Origin: a virus | Taxonomy: Duplodnaviria; Caudoviricetes | IMG/VR virus record: IMGVR_UViG_2706795947_000001 | Location: 1-64,000 of that record | DNA: 64,000 bases | Direction: 5' to 3' (one strand) | Shown: in pieces, positions 19,038-30,200 of the stretch | Layout of the letters: each line of letters begins with the position of its first letter | Position numbering within the stretch: position 1 is the first letter of the stretch | Notes under the pieces: generated by a model | The model's database searches: none | What the model saw: the letters and a program-made list of their open reading frames with translations, nothing else | Told to the model about the DNA's origin: nothing | Position numbers and translations under genes: made by a program

Positions 19038-20057
19038 ATGGGCGTCAGTTCACAGCAGGGCGTCTTCGGGCTGAAGACCCAGACCGCCCGAGGTGTCGCT
19101 GCCACCAACATCGGGACCACCGGCGTCGCGATGTATCGCACAGGCGGCTCGATGACTCCGAACCGGGAACTCATGATTCCGGACGCCGAGATCGGCGGCG
19201 GTCGCGACGTGCCCGACGCGCTGCTCGGACCCATCTCGTTCGGCGGCGACATCGAGTACTACACCCGATTCAACTCCATCGGCATCCTGTTGAAGGCCGC
19301 CCTCGGTGCCCCGGTCAGCGCAGCGGGCACTGCCACCGGCACCAACGTGCACACCTTCACTCCGACGGATGCAACCACGCTTCCGTTCCTGACGGTGTAC
19401 GAGCGCATCGGTGCAGACCTCGAGCGTATCCTGTACACCGATGTCGTGGTGAACACCCTGCACCTCGAGTCGGACGCCGACGGCTACCTCACCGGCACCG
19501 CAGGTCTCATCGCCTGCCGTGGCCTGTTCGGCACCCCGGACGTGGACGTCTCGGACGTGCTCGACGAGACCACGATCACGGTCGGCACGAACATCCAGGT
19601 GCTCTACGACGGCGCGAACATCAAGCCGAAGTCGTTCAGCATCGACATCAACAACAACTTCGAGGACGACGACTTCCGTCTCGGCTCCTTCTACCTGGAG
19701 GACCTCACCCCGAAGCGCCGCGAGGTCAACGGTTCGCTCACGCTGCGGCACGAGACCAAGGACCTCATGCGGCAGGCCCTGCTCGGCTCGTCCTCGGCCA
19801 CCCTGGCTGGCGGTCTCACCACCAAGAAGCCGATCGAGATTCAGATCGACACCTACGGTGAGATCGAGGGATCGGCTCCGGCCACCCCGTACTCGCTGAA
19901 CCTGGAGTTCGGCAAGACGGTGTTCGAGCCCTTCGGCTTCGAGCCCTCGGGCGATGACATCCTCGAGTCGGATGTCACCTTCCAGGCGCTGCGCCCGGTC
20001 GCCACCGATCCGGTGATGACCGCGACCCTGACCAACGGTCTCGCAGCCATCCCGTAA
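19038..20057 (+). CDS. Major tail (tube) protein
   Basis: 339 aa, Thr/Gly-rich, HTFTP motif, high codon bias; precedes the chaperone and tape measure genes. Confidence 0.85.
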   Translation: MGVSSQQGVFGLKTQTARGVAATNIGTTGVAMYRTGGSMTPNRELMIPDAEIGGGRDVPDALLGPISFGGDIEYYTRFNSIGILLKAALGAPVSAAGTATGTNVHTFTPTDATTLPFLTVYERIGADLERILYTDVVVNTLHLESDADGYLTGTAGLIACRGLFGTPDVDVSDVLDETTITVGTNIQVLYDGANIKPKSFSIDINNNFEDDDFRLGSFYLEDLTPKRREVNGSLTLRHETKDLMRQALLGSSSATLAGGLTTKKPIEIQIDTYGEIEGSAPATPYSLNLEFGKTVFEPFGFEPSGDDILESDVTFQALRPVATDPVMTATLTNGLAAIP

Positions 20058-20083
20058 GCACCCCGGTTACCTCCTGGGGAAAC

Positions 20084-20129
20084 CAGGCTCCCGCATCGAG
20101 ACCGGCGAACCTCTCGGTGCGGGAGCCTG
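20084..20129 (+). terminator. Stem-loop after the major tail gene
   Basis: CAGGCTCCCGCATCGAGA / TCTCGGTGCGGGAGCCTG. Confidence 0.6.
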
Positions 20130-20133
20130 TCCA

Positions 20134-20207
20134 TGATCCATAGCTCAATTCGGCAGAGCGCCCGACTGTTAATCGGGTGGTTGTAGGTTCAAGTCCTACT
20201 GGGTCAG
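20134..20207 (+). tRNA. tRNA-Asn (GTT), CCA not encoded
   Basis: Acceptor TGATCCA/TGGGTCA, D-arm GCTC/GAGC, anticodon arm CCCGA-CTGTTAA-TCGGG, T-arm GTAGG-TTCAAGT-CCTAC. Confidence 0.93.
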
Positions 20208-20217
20208 CGCAGTACAG

Positions 20218-20841
20218 ATGTCAACTAAGACCAGTGAAAGGGTCACCATGACACACGCAGGAATCCCGACCGCCACGCAGGACACCAGCGACTTCGACGG
20301 TCGCCCCGAGGTGGAGCGCGCCAATGCAGCAGCCGTCGCCGCCGGGGAGAAGATCGAGGAGAAGCAGTTCGTCGATTACTTCGCCGCGCCCCTTCCGCAG
20401 CGCTGGTACCTGCCCGATGGCGTCCAGTACTTCGAGTTCCAGGAACTCCGCGAGGGCGGCAAGTCGGCTTACGAGAAGCTGACCAACAAGGACATCCGCG
20501 TCCAGCGCTCCACCGGCGACGCGCGCCTGTCGGTCGATCCGGCGATCCAGCGCCAGTCGCTGATCCGCCTGTCGGTCACCGATGTGTACCTCCTGCAGAA
20601 GGACTCGGGCGGGCAGCCGCAGCCCATGCCCTTCAACAAGGAGCGACCCGGCAAGTTCTGGGAGAACCTGTTCACGTTCTTCCCCGCCGCCCTCATCGAC
20701 AAGCTCCACCGCGAGATCGTCGACATCAACGCCTGGCTCGCCGCCGACGACGATGTCGATGCACTCAAGGAGGAGCGCGAGCGTCTCGACGAGCGCATCG
20801 CCAAGGCCGAAGAGGAGCAGGCAAAAAAGCTCTCCTTGTAG
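20218..20841 (+). CDS. Tail assembly chaperone (G form)
   Basis: Lies between the major tail and tape measure genes and ends at slippery A AAA AAG. The start could instead be ATG 20248. Confidence 0.8.
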   Translation: MSTKTSERVTMTHAGIPTATQDTSDFDGRPEVERANAAAVAAGEKIEEKQFVDYFAAPLPQRWYLPDGVQYFEFQELREGGKSAYEKLTNKDIRVQRSTGDARLSVDPAIQRQSLIRLSVTDVYLLQKDSGGQPQPMPFNKERPGKFWENLFTFFPAALIDKLHREIVDINAWLAADDDVDALKEERERLDERIAKAEEEQAKKLSL

Positions 20842-21116
20842 AACAGGCCGCCGACTTCGTCAAGGGAAATCGGATAGCCAACCCTCATCCCGCCCTGCTC
20901 ATCTACGGCAGACTTGAGGCGATGAAGTGGTCGATCCCCTACACGCCAGGTGGGCTTGAGGATCAGAGCGTGATGCTGCTGAGATGCTTCGATGTCATTA
21001 ACCGCGTCAAGGCAGAGCACGAGCGACAAGAACAAAAGAAACGCGAACAGGAATCCAAGTCGAAACGACCCAACCCAAGGGGCGGGTCTCGACCAACGGG
21101 CCGTCGCAAGAAGTAA
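20823..21116 (+). CDS. Tail assembly chaperone -1 frameshift extension (GT form)
   Basis: A AAA AAG at 20823-20829; the -1 frame stays open through MKWSIPY... to the stop at 21116. Confidence 0.8.
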   Translation, partial: KKALLVEQAADFVKGNRIANPHPALLIYGRLEAMKWSIPYTPGGLEDQSVMLLRCFDVINRVKAEHERQEQKKREQESKSKRPNPRGGSRPTGRRKK

Positions 21117-21153
21117 CAACGAGGGCGGTGCTTGCGGGCACCGCCCTCGTTGT
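21116..21153 (+). terminator. 16-bp stem-loop before the tape measure gene
   Basis: ACAACGAGGGCGGTGC / GCACCGCCCTCGTTGT. Confidence 0.55.
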
Positions 21154-21221
21154 GTATTATGATCAGCACTCAACGGGCACACGAGGCCCATACTATTGGA
21201 CCTCGAAGTCTGGAGTAAGCG

Positions 21222-24200
21222 TTGAACACGACTGCGGCGAATATCCTCGTCACCGCACAGGCCCGCCAGGCTCAGGCAGTTCTGGCTCGCGCACAGGCTG
21301 CGCTTCGGGGTCTGCAGTCTACCGCGCAAGGTGCGAACGCTGCCCAGGCTACCGCCGCGAACGCTGCTGCAAAGCAGATCGACGCGGCTGAGGCACGCAA
21401 GGCTTCGGCGGCTGCCAAGGCATCTCTGGCAATTGAACAGGCGAATCTTCGCCAGATCAAATCTGAACAAGCGGCGTCTGTAGCCGCGGCCAGATCGGCA
21501 GCCGCCATATCTCTCTCTCAAACAAAGGCGGCCGGTGCCGCCGAAGCGTCAGCCGCCAAGCAGGCGGCAGCTGCAGCGAAGATGTCGGCGGCAATGGAGC
21601 TCTCCGCCATGAAGCAGCAGGCTGCTATGGCGCAGCTCACGCTGGTCCAAATGCGTCAGCTCGCGCAGATGGAAGCGGCCTCGGCTCGTCAGATCGCCGC
21701 CGACAACCGCGCCGCGATGTCCGCAGCCAAGTCCGCTGCGCAGCAGGCTGCCGCACGCGAGTCGCTCACCATCGCTACACTCCGTGCAGTCGCCCGCGAA
21801 GAGGCTGCATCGGCACGCAAGATCGCTGCCGATGCACGGGCTGCACTGCAGGCACAGGTGCTGGCGAATGCCGAGACCGGCAATCAGAATCGCGTAGTCA
21901 CCGCCCGCCTTCGCGCCGCAGCGCAGACCGCGTCTGCCAACGCAGCGAAGATCAACTCGGACAACGGCGCTGCCATCGCTGCCGAGGTTGCCGCCAACCG
22001 CGAGATGAGGGCAGCTCGCGAGGCTTCGCTCGCCGACATGGATCGCGCCATGAAGGCGCAGGCTGCGAACGCACGCAAGGCGGCATCGGACGCGCAGGCT
22101 GCAGTTAACGCGCAGGCAAACGCGATCAAGGAAGCTGCGGCAATGTCTGTCGCCGACACCGCGCGCATCAAGAGTGCCGCAGTAGCCGCAGCCGAGAACG
22201 CACGCAAGATTGCATCAGACGCCGCCGTGGCAAACACGGCGGCTATGACCGCTGGACGCGAGTCGGTTGCGAACGCGCAGGCCGCTGCATCCGCCCGCAT
22301 CGGCGCGCAGCAGAAGGTTGTCGCTGACGCACAGGCCAACGCCTCGCGAATGAATGCAGCAGCCGTTGCCGCCGCCGAGGCTTCGAAGATCGCTGCCGCC
22401 GAGGCGCGCGCCGCCGCCGCAGCCGAGAAGGCTGCTATCCAGATCACCGCCGCCAAGCAGCGCGAGATCGCAGCGAACTCCGCAGCCACCGCGTCCAACC
22501 GCTCCTGGTCGGCGAGCATGACGGCTTCTGGTTCTCGTATGCAGTGGATCGGTCGACAGCTGTCGCAGAACTTCACGGCACCGATGCTGCTCGCTACGGG
22601 CATTGGTGTCAAGTTCGGGCTGGACATGGAGAAGTCCATGACCCGGCTCGAGAAGGTGTACGCCGACCAGGCGCTCATCCGCGAGGCGGAAGCCAAGGGG
22701 ATCAACCTCGTCAAGAATGAGACCGAGGCTCTCGAGAAGGCGTTCATTGCACTCTCGAACAAGTACGGCGTACAGGCCGACGAGGTTGCGAACGTCGCTG
22801 CCGAGTGGGCTGCGGCTGGCGCATCGGGCAAGGCGCTGGCAACCCAGACTGACCTGACAATGAAGACGATGGTCCTTGGTGAGATGGATGCCGAGGAAGC
22901 CACCAAGGCTCTCATTGCAATTCAGGCACAGTGGGGCGCTGTTACTGAGACCAACCTGGATCAGCAGAACAAACTCTCTCTCGGCACCTCTGGTCTAGCC
23001 AACGACCAGCTCAGCCTTACCTCGATTCTCCGACAGCTCAACGCAGTGGAGAACGAGACCGGCACCACGATGAACGACCTCGTCGTTGCGTTCTCTCGCG
23101 CATCGGGTGTCGCTCGAAGTGCCGGCCTTGATACGGCCCACCTTGCTGCCGCCGTTGCTGCACTCGTTCCCGCCGCAGGCAGTGCGGCCGAAGCCGGTAA
23201 CGCACTCAAGACAATCATCAGCCGTACTCTGACGCCTACTCGTGAGGCTTCTCAGATCATGGAGCTGATGCAGATACAGACCCAAAAGGCTGCATGGCAG
23301 AGCATGAATGCTGGCCAGCGCCTCGAGGAGCTGGCCAAGCGGTTCGGCACACTGACCGGAGCGCAGAAGGCGCAGGTTGCTGCATCTCTCGGTTCGCGCT
23401 ACCAGGTTAACAAGCTCGAGGTTCTGTTCTCCTCGATTGCAAACAAGGCCGGTTACTACCACAAGGCTTTGGAGAAGCTCGCCAACGAAGCCGACGTGGT
23501 GAAGATCGCTGAGGACGAGCTCAACACCGTCCTCGAGTCGCAGCCTCAGATGCTCAAGCAGGCTGGCGTCATCATTCAGAATAGTCTCATGAAGACTATG
23601 GTTCCGCTGATTCCGGTTGTCATTCAGCTAACCCAGTGGATCGGCAAGGCCTTTGATGCCTTCGCCAACCTGCCGACCGGCGTGCGAACCACCCTCATTG
23701 GACTTGGACTGTTCCTTGCGACGGTCGGTCCCATCATCATCTTCCTGGGAATCTTCAAGCTGGCACTCGGCCAGCTCACCCCAGTGTTCTTGATGCTCGC
23801 TCGGGCCCTGCTGTTCCCGGTCACAATCTTTGGCAAGTTCGGCGCATTGCTGCTGAAGCCGATCATGAGTCTCGCGAAGCTGCGCGGTGCACTTGTACTG
23901 ACTGCGCGCGCGTTTGCTCTGATCCCAGCTGCAGCCGTGCTCATGACGCGGATCGTTTCGTTCGCTCTCATGGGAATGCAGGCCACAGTCGTAGTCGGCA
24001 TGGCGGGCCTGCGTGCGTCCTGGACTGCGGCCTGGGTCGCAATGGTCGCCGTGCAGACTGTGTCTGGCGTTGCAATGACCACGACCCAGAAGGTCATGTT
24101 CATGGTGATGCTCACCGCACAGAAGGTGTGGGCTGGAGCGTCGCTACTTATTCAGCGCGCGTGGGCTACTGCCAGTGTTGCAGTACATGCAGCCTGGGGT

Positions 24201-27200
24201 GCGGCCGCAGCGATGGTCACTGCGGTCGGACAGGCTATCATGCTTGCCCGCCAGCGCGCCTGGGCGGCGGCATGGCTTGCGATAACTGTCGGGTGGGCCA
24301 CCGCTAGCCTCCTGCTTCAGAAGACCTGGGCCGCAGCTTCGATCCTGCTGTCCGGCGTTTACTGGAAGCGCATGTTCGCGATCTTCGCGGCGGGCAACAA
24401 GGGCCTGCTAGCGATCCTTGCAGCTGGCGGCAAGGCAATCGTCGCGCTATTCTCCTCGCCCTGGGCGATTGCTATTGCAATTGTCATCGGACTCATCGTC
24501 ATGTTCCGCGAGCAGATTGCTCAGGCGTGGAACAACGTCGTCAATTACTTCAGGAACATTCCGAAGGAAACTTCGGCAGCCCTGTCGCCGCTGACAAACA
24601 TCTTCGTTCGGGCGCGCAACGCTGTTGTTGGTGCGTTCAACTCCCTGCCCGAGGGTGTCAAGGGTGCGCTTCTCAAGGTGGTTGCGATCGTTCGCGCAGC
24701 CGCCATGAAGGTGTACGAACTCTTTAGCTACCTCAACCCGTTCGCACATCACTCGCCTTCGCTGGTGGAGAATGTCACGAACGGCATGGCTGTCGTCAAC
24801 GCCCAGTTCGCCAACGCCTCGCGCAACGCGCAGACCCACATCGGCAAGCTGCACAAGTCGATCAAGCAGCTGCAGGGCTTGTCTGCCCCGATGACTGCGC
24901 AGAACGACAAGGCGAAGGACGACGAGTTCCGTCAGACTGCAACCAAGGCTGGCGCAGCGGGATCGCTGCCTGCGTACGACGCGCTCAATGCTGATGTCAA
25001 GGCAGCGAAGAGCTACATGGATCAGCTCAACAAGTCCATGGAAGCTCATGAGGCGCAGCTGAAGAACATCAAGGCTGGCGTCGAGGCATACGACGCTGCT
25101 ATCGAGCAGATGAACTCCGCTCTCGAGGTCACCAAGGCTATCCAGTCGGACGTGAACCGCGCCCTGGATGGAGCCAAGGCTCGGTTCGACCGATACTCCA
25201 ACGCGCAGATCAAGGGTACGCGCGCCGCTGAAGATGCCATCTTCGATAACGAGATGGCACAGAAGCGGCTGCAGCTACAGATCGCGAAGATGGAAGAAGA
25301 GGCTGGCACTGTTGATAGTGTCACCGACTCGTACTCAAAGCTGCAGGGCGAGATCGAATCGCTGACTGCCAAGCAGACTGAACTTCGCAAGGCTGGCGCA
25401 GGGTCGGACGTACTCGGCACGTACGACAAGATGATTGCCGACCTGAAGAGTCAGCAGTCGGGACTGATGACCGGCGGTACCGACAGTCCAGCCGGTAAGA
25501 TAGCTGCACTCAACACATCGCTTCAGGCTCTGCAGAAGCAAGCGGACATCATGGACCTCGAGAAGTCCTTGAAGTTCGATTCACTCAATCGGAAGATTGA
25601 GCAGTTCAGCAGCAATGTTGAAGAGATGCCGTACGGTCAGATCATGTCCGGCATGGACTCTTCGCGCACCTCGATCAACGCATTGCAGTACTCGTACGAC
25701 CAGCTCGATATGGTCATGGCGGGGCAGCAGGCTCGCATCGACGCCACCCAGGCCCAGCGTGACGCACTGCAGCAGACCTACGACTCAGAGGCTAAGCGAC
25801 TCGAGACCGTTCGTGCTAAGTACGAAGAGGTAGAGCAGGCCGTTCGCAGCGGCGAGGAAGCTCTCGAATCATTCTCGTCGGCATCCGAAGAGGTTGTGCG
25901 ACGCCAGGAAGAAGCTGCCCGCGCCGCGGAAGAGGCAAGCAAGAAGCTCAAGAAGAAGAAGGGCGGCGGCGCTGGTAGCGGGGACGAGCTCGCCCCTGGC
26001 GCTCAGAACTTCATCGACGGCGCGGCGGGAGACTTTGAGACCTTCGGTGGCACTGACACGATCGGTCGCGAGGGTGCTGGCCTGGATCAGTCTTCACAGA
26101 TCGACGAGTTCACCAAGGGGTTGACCGACGACCTCGAGAAGCAGCTCGGTGGGCTCAACCCGTTCTCGGGACTGAAGAACGCTTGGAACCGAACCGTTGA
26201 CTGGTTCAAGGGCATGATGCCTGGGTTCGGCGACATCTTCAAGAACGTCGGCAATGGTATCGGTTCTGCATTCTCGTCCGACAAGAACGAGAACGTCAAG
26301 CGCTTCGGTGACGCTGTCTCTAACTCGGTCGAGTCACTGAAGAATGTGTGGGAGTGGATCAAGAAGGCTGGTTCCATAATTGGAAACCTCTTCGGTCCTG
26401 ACCTTCAGTCGACGCTTCAGGGGCTTGGTGACGGGTTCAAGACCGTCATGGACAAGGTCAGTGGCCCCCTGTCGGAACTCGGCAAGGTTGCCATTCCGTT
26501 CCTGACGACAGCATTCCAGCACCTGTCTCCAGTTATTGGCGTGTTCCTCGTCGCACTTGAAATGGTCTGGGAAGTCATCAACGGAGCGATCGGCCCAGTG
26601 TTCAGCTGGCTCGGTGACCTGATTGGCGCGATCATTCGCGTCATCACTGGCGTAGTCAAGATACTCATGGGCGCCATGAAGGTGATCCAGGGCGTCATCA
26701 TGGTGGTCATCGGTATCGTCAAGGGTGTCATCGGACTGTTGACCGGCCAGGGCTTGTCCGGGTTTGACATGTTCGGCGACGGTATCAAGAAGATCTTCGG
26801 TGGGTTCGGAGACATGCTCGGCGGTATCGTCGACATCGTCAAGGGCATCTTCATCGCGATCTGGAGTACAATCAAGAACGCTGTCAAGCTGATCTGGAAT
26901 GTAGTCTGGGGTCTCGTCAAGGGGATCATCGACTTCTTCACCACGCTCTGGGATGTCCTCGTCGGTCACTCGATCGTGCCAGATACTATCAACTCGATCA
27001 TTGACTGGTTCAAGGAACTGCCCGGCAAGCTGCCCGGCATGGTGTGGGGTCTCATCACCTCGCTCATCGGCTTCTTCCTGAAGCTGCCGATCATGATTGG
27101 CCAGGCGCTACTCAAGCTCGGCGGATTCCTGCTCGGAGCGTTCACGTCTGCAATGGCGTGGCTCCTGCCGAAGCTCCCAGGGTTCATCTGGAATATCGTC

Positions 27201-30200
27201 AAGTTCTTTGCGACCCTGCCGTTCAAGATCATCGGCGCACTCATCGGGTTCGGCGCGAAGCTTCTCGGCTGGCTCGGGCAGGCCATCGCCTGGCTGGTGC
27301 CCCAGCTCCCAGGCATAGTCTGGGACATCATCACCTTCTTCGCAACGCTCCCGTTCAAGATCATTGGAGCACTGCTCGGATTCGGTGCGAAGCTGTTCGA
27401 GTGGGCTAAGAACGCATTCATCTGGCTCGCACAGAACCTGCCTGGTGTGATCGGCAACGTAATCAGCTTCTTCGCTGGCCTGCCAGGGAAGCTGATCGGT
27501 GCACTTCTTGGACTCGGCGCGAAGCTGTTCGAGTGGGCGAAGAATGGGTTCATCTGGCTAGCCCAGAACCTGCCGAATGCCATCGGCGCCGTACTCGACT
27601 TCGCCAAGGAGTTCCCCGGTCGAGTCATCCGAGGGTTTGGCAAGTGGGGTTCCTTCATCTGGGAGTGGATGAAGAAGGGCTGGGACTTCCTGGTCAACGA
27701 GATGCCAGGTATTGTCGCTGGATTCCTGAAGTGGATCGGCGGCATTCCCGGAATGCTGCTCGGCAAGCTCGGTGATGGCGCCAAGGTGTTGTACGACTAC
27801 GGCAAGGACATGATCCAGGGCCTGATGAATGGCACCGCGGGTCTGCTCAAGAAGCTCGGCGACTGGTTCCTCGATAAGATTCCCGGCTGGATCAAGACGC
27901 CGTTCAAGAAGGCGCTCGGCATTGCGTCGCCGTCGAAGGTGTTCGCTGGCTACGGCGTGAATATCGGCGAAGGCCTCGTCAAGGGTATCGGCAGTATGCA
28001 GGGTCAGGTCGAGTCTGCCTCGGTTGCGATGGCTGCCGCTGCCGACAAGGGCGAAGTCGGAGGCATGGCTATCTCGGCCGTTGCTGACACTTCATCGGTG
28101 GGTGGCTCCGTGTCCGCACTAGGGGACGCCGTTGCAGCATCCGGCCCGGTGGCGGTCGATACGGCGGCATCCCCGGACGCCGACATCCAACCGATGCTCG
28201 ACGCAGCCGAAGCAGCGTTCGACGCTTTCGATGCATCCATGAAGACGAAGATGGCAGCCTTCACTGCTGCAGTGACAGTTATGTTTGCTGCAATGGCGAC
28301 GGGCGTGCTGTCGTCCCTCGATCAGGTAACCATCGGAAGCGGCACCTCGTTCGCGGCGATGCAGGCCACTGTGGTCGGCATTGTCACAGCGATGGTATCG
28401 GCAGTGCAGGCGCAGCTTGCGCTACTCATCTCGCAGGTCAACACCTTCGGACTAAACCTGACCGCGGCCTGGGCGGGCGCATGGAATGCATGGAAGAGCG
28501 AGACTACCACCGGAGTTGACCACACGCTGACCGAGTGGCAACGCATGGCTGACGGTATGCGTTCGGTTGTAGACAACTCGCTTACTCCGATGTTCGCTGA
28601 CATCGGAGAGATGCTAACTGCGTTCGAGGGTGCGACCGTAACCACAGTCACCAACGTCGGCACCACTTGGGATGGCATCAAGGAAAAGACTGCAGCGCCT
28701 GCGCGCTTCGTTATCAATGACGTTTATAACGAGGGTCTGCGCGGAGCGTGGAACAAGTTCAACGAGTTCCTCGGTATTGAAGCGCTACCCGAGTACACCG
28801 CTAAGTTCGCAGAGGGTGGTCCCGTCTGGGGTCCGGGTACTGGAACCTCGGATAGTGTCAATGCGAAGTTGTCGCGAGGCGAGCACGTCATCACCGCAAA
28901 GGAAGTCCAGAAGGCGGGCGGGCACAGAGCCGTCGAGGCTACCCGACGCTACTGGGCAAGTGGTGGACATAAGCGCACCGAGGCTGCGTTTGCTCAGGGC
29001 GGAGCTGTTGGCGAGAAGGTAGACTCGTACGCACAGGGAGGCGGAGTACGCGGCAAACTTCCGGTTACCGGACACGCTGGCGCACAGGCTATCACCACCC
29101 CCATCCAGAGGGCGATGTGGGATGCAGTCAAGACTGCGTTCCCCAACGTTGACCTGCTGTCGGGCACTCGCTACGCCGAGGTTGGTTCAGGGTTCGACTA
29201 CCACATGCAGGGGATGGCGCTCGACTTGAGTCCGATTCCTCAGGTGGCGCGTTGGATCTGGGAGATGAACAAGAAGAATCCGGTAACGGAGCTTATCTTC
29301 TGGCCTCTCGGTGGGCACCCGAACAACATCAACGACGGAGTCCCCTTCGACTACGGCGCTGGTACGAACTCTGAGCACATGGACCACGTCCACTGGGCCA
29401 TGCACCGCATGGTGGACAACGAGGGCAAGATCGTCTCTATGGCGGGCGCTAGTGGTGGACCTCGCCCGGTTGACTACGTCAAAATGATCCGCGAGGAGTT
29501 CGACTCCTTCAAGAAGACTTACACCGAGAAGGACCCCAAGTTCGCGGGCGGTATCGGCAAGTGGGTGCCCAAGTCTATCGACAAGGGCATGGAGGCATTC
29601 AAGTTCCTCGAGCCCAAGGCGGCTGCACTCAACTCGTCGTACAGCAGCGGCAGCCAGGGGAACATTCCTTACGACCTGAGTGCGGGCGTTGAGCAGTGGC
29701 GCAAGCTGGCCACCGAGATGCTCATCATGCAGGGCGAGTCGGTCACCTATGTTGACCGACTCCTCATGCAGATGCAGTCGGAGTCGAGCGGTAATCCGAA
29801 CGCGATCAACCTGGTTGACTCGAATGCAGCCAAGGGTACGCCGTCAAAGGGCCTCATGCAGGTCATTGACCCGACGTTCCAGACCTGGCGCGACCCGCGT
29901 CTGCCTAACAACATCTGGGATCCTGCTGCTAATATCGCCGCCTCGATCCGCTACACCAGAGGCGAGTACGGCACGCTGGGGGCCTGGCAGGGGGTCGGCT
30001 ATGACTCGGGCGGCATCCTGCCTCCGGGGTTCACGGTCGCCAATAACCAGACGGGTGGACCTGAGGCCATCCTCACGGCGGCACAATGGAGCGCTATGTT
30101 CGACATCGCTTCGAAGCCTCCGCTGGACGAGGATACAATTCAGGGTGCGGTCGAGGCTGCCAACATAGCGACGGGTAACACTGACGACGCGACCACTGCA

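Noticed and set aside
20134-20207. tRNA as an attP or prophage boundary
   Set aside because: No integrase or flanking host genes; the tRNA lies intact inside the tail operon.
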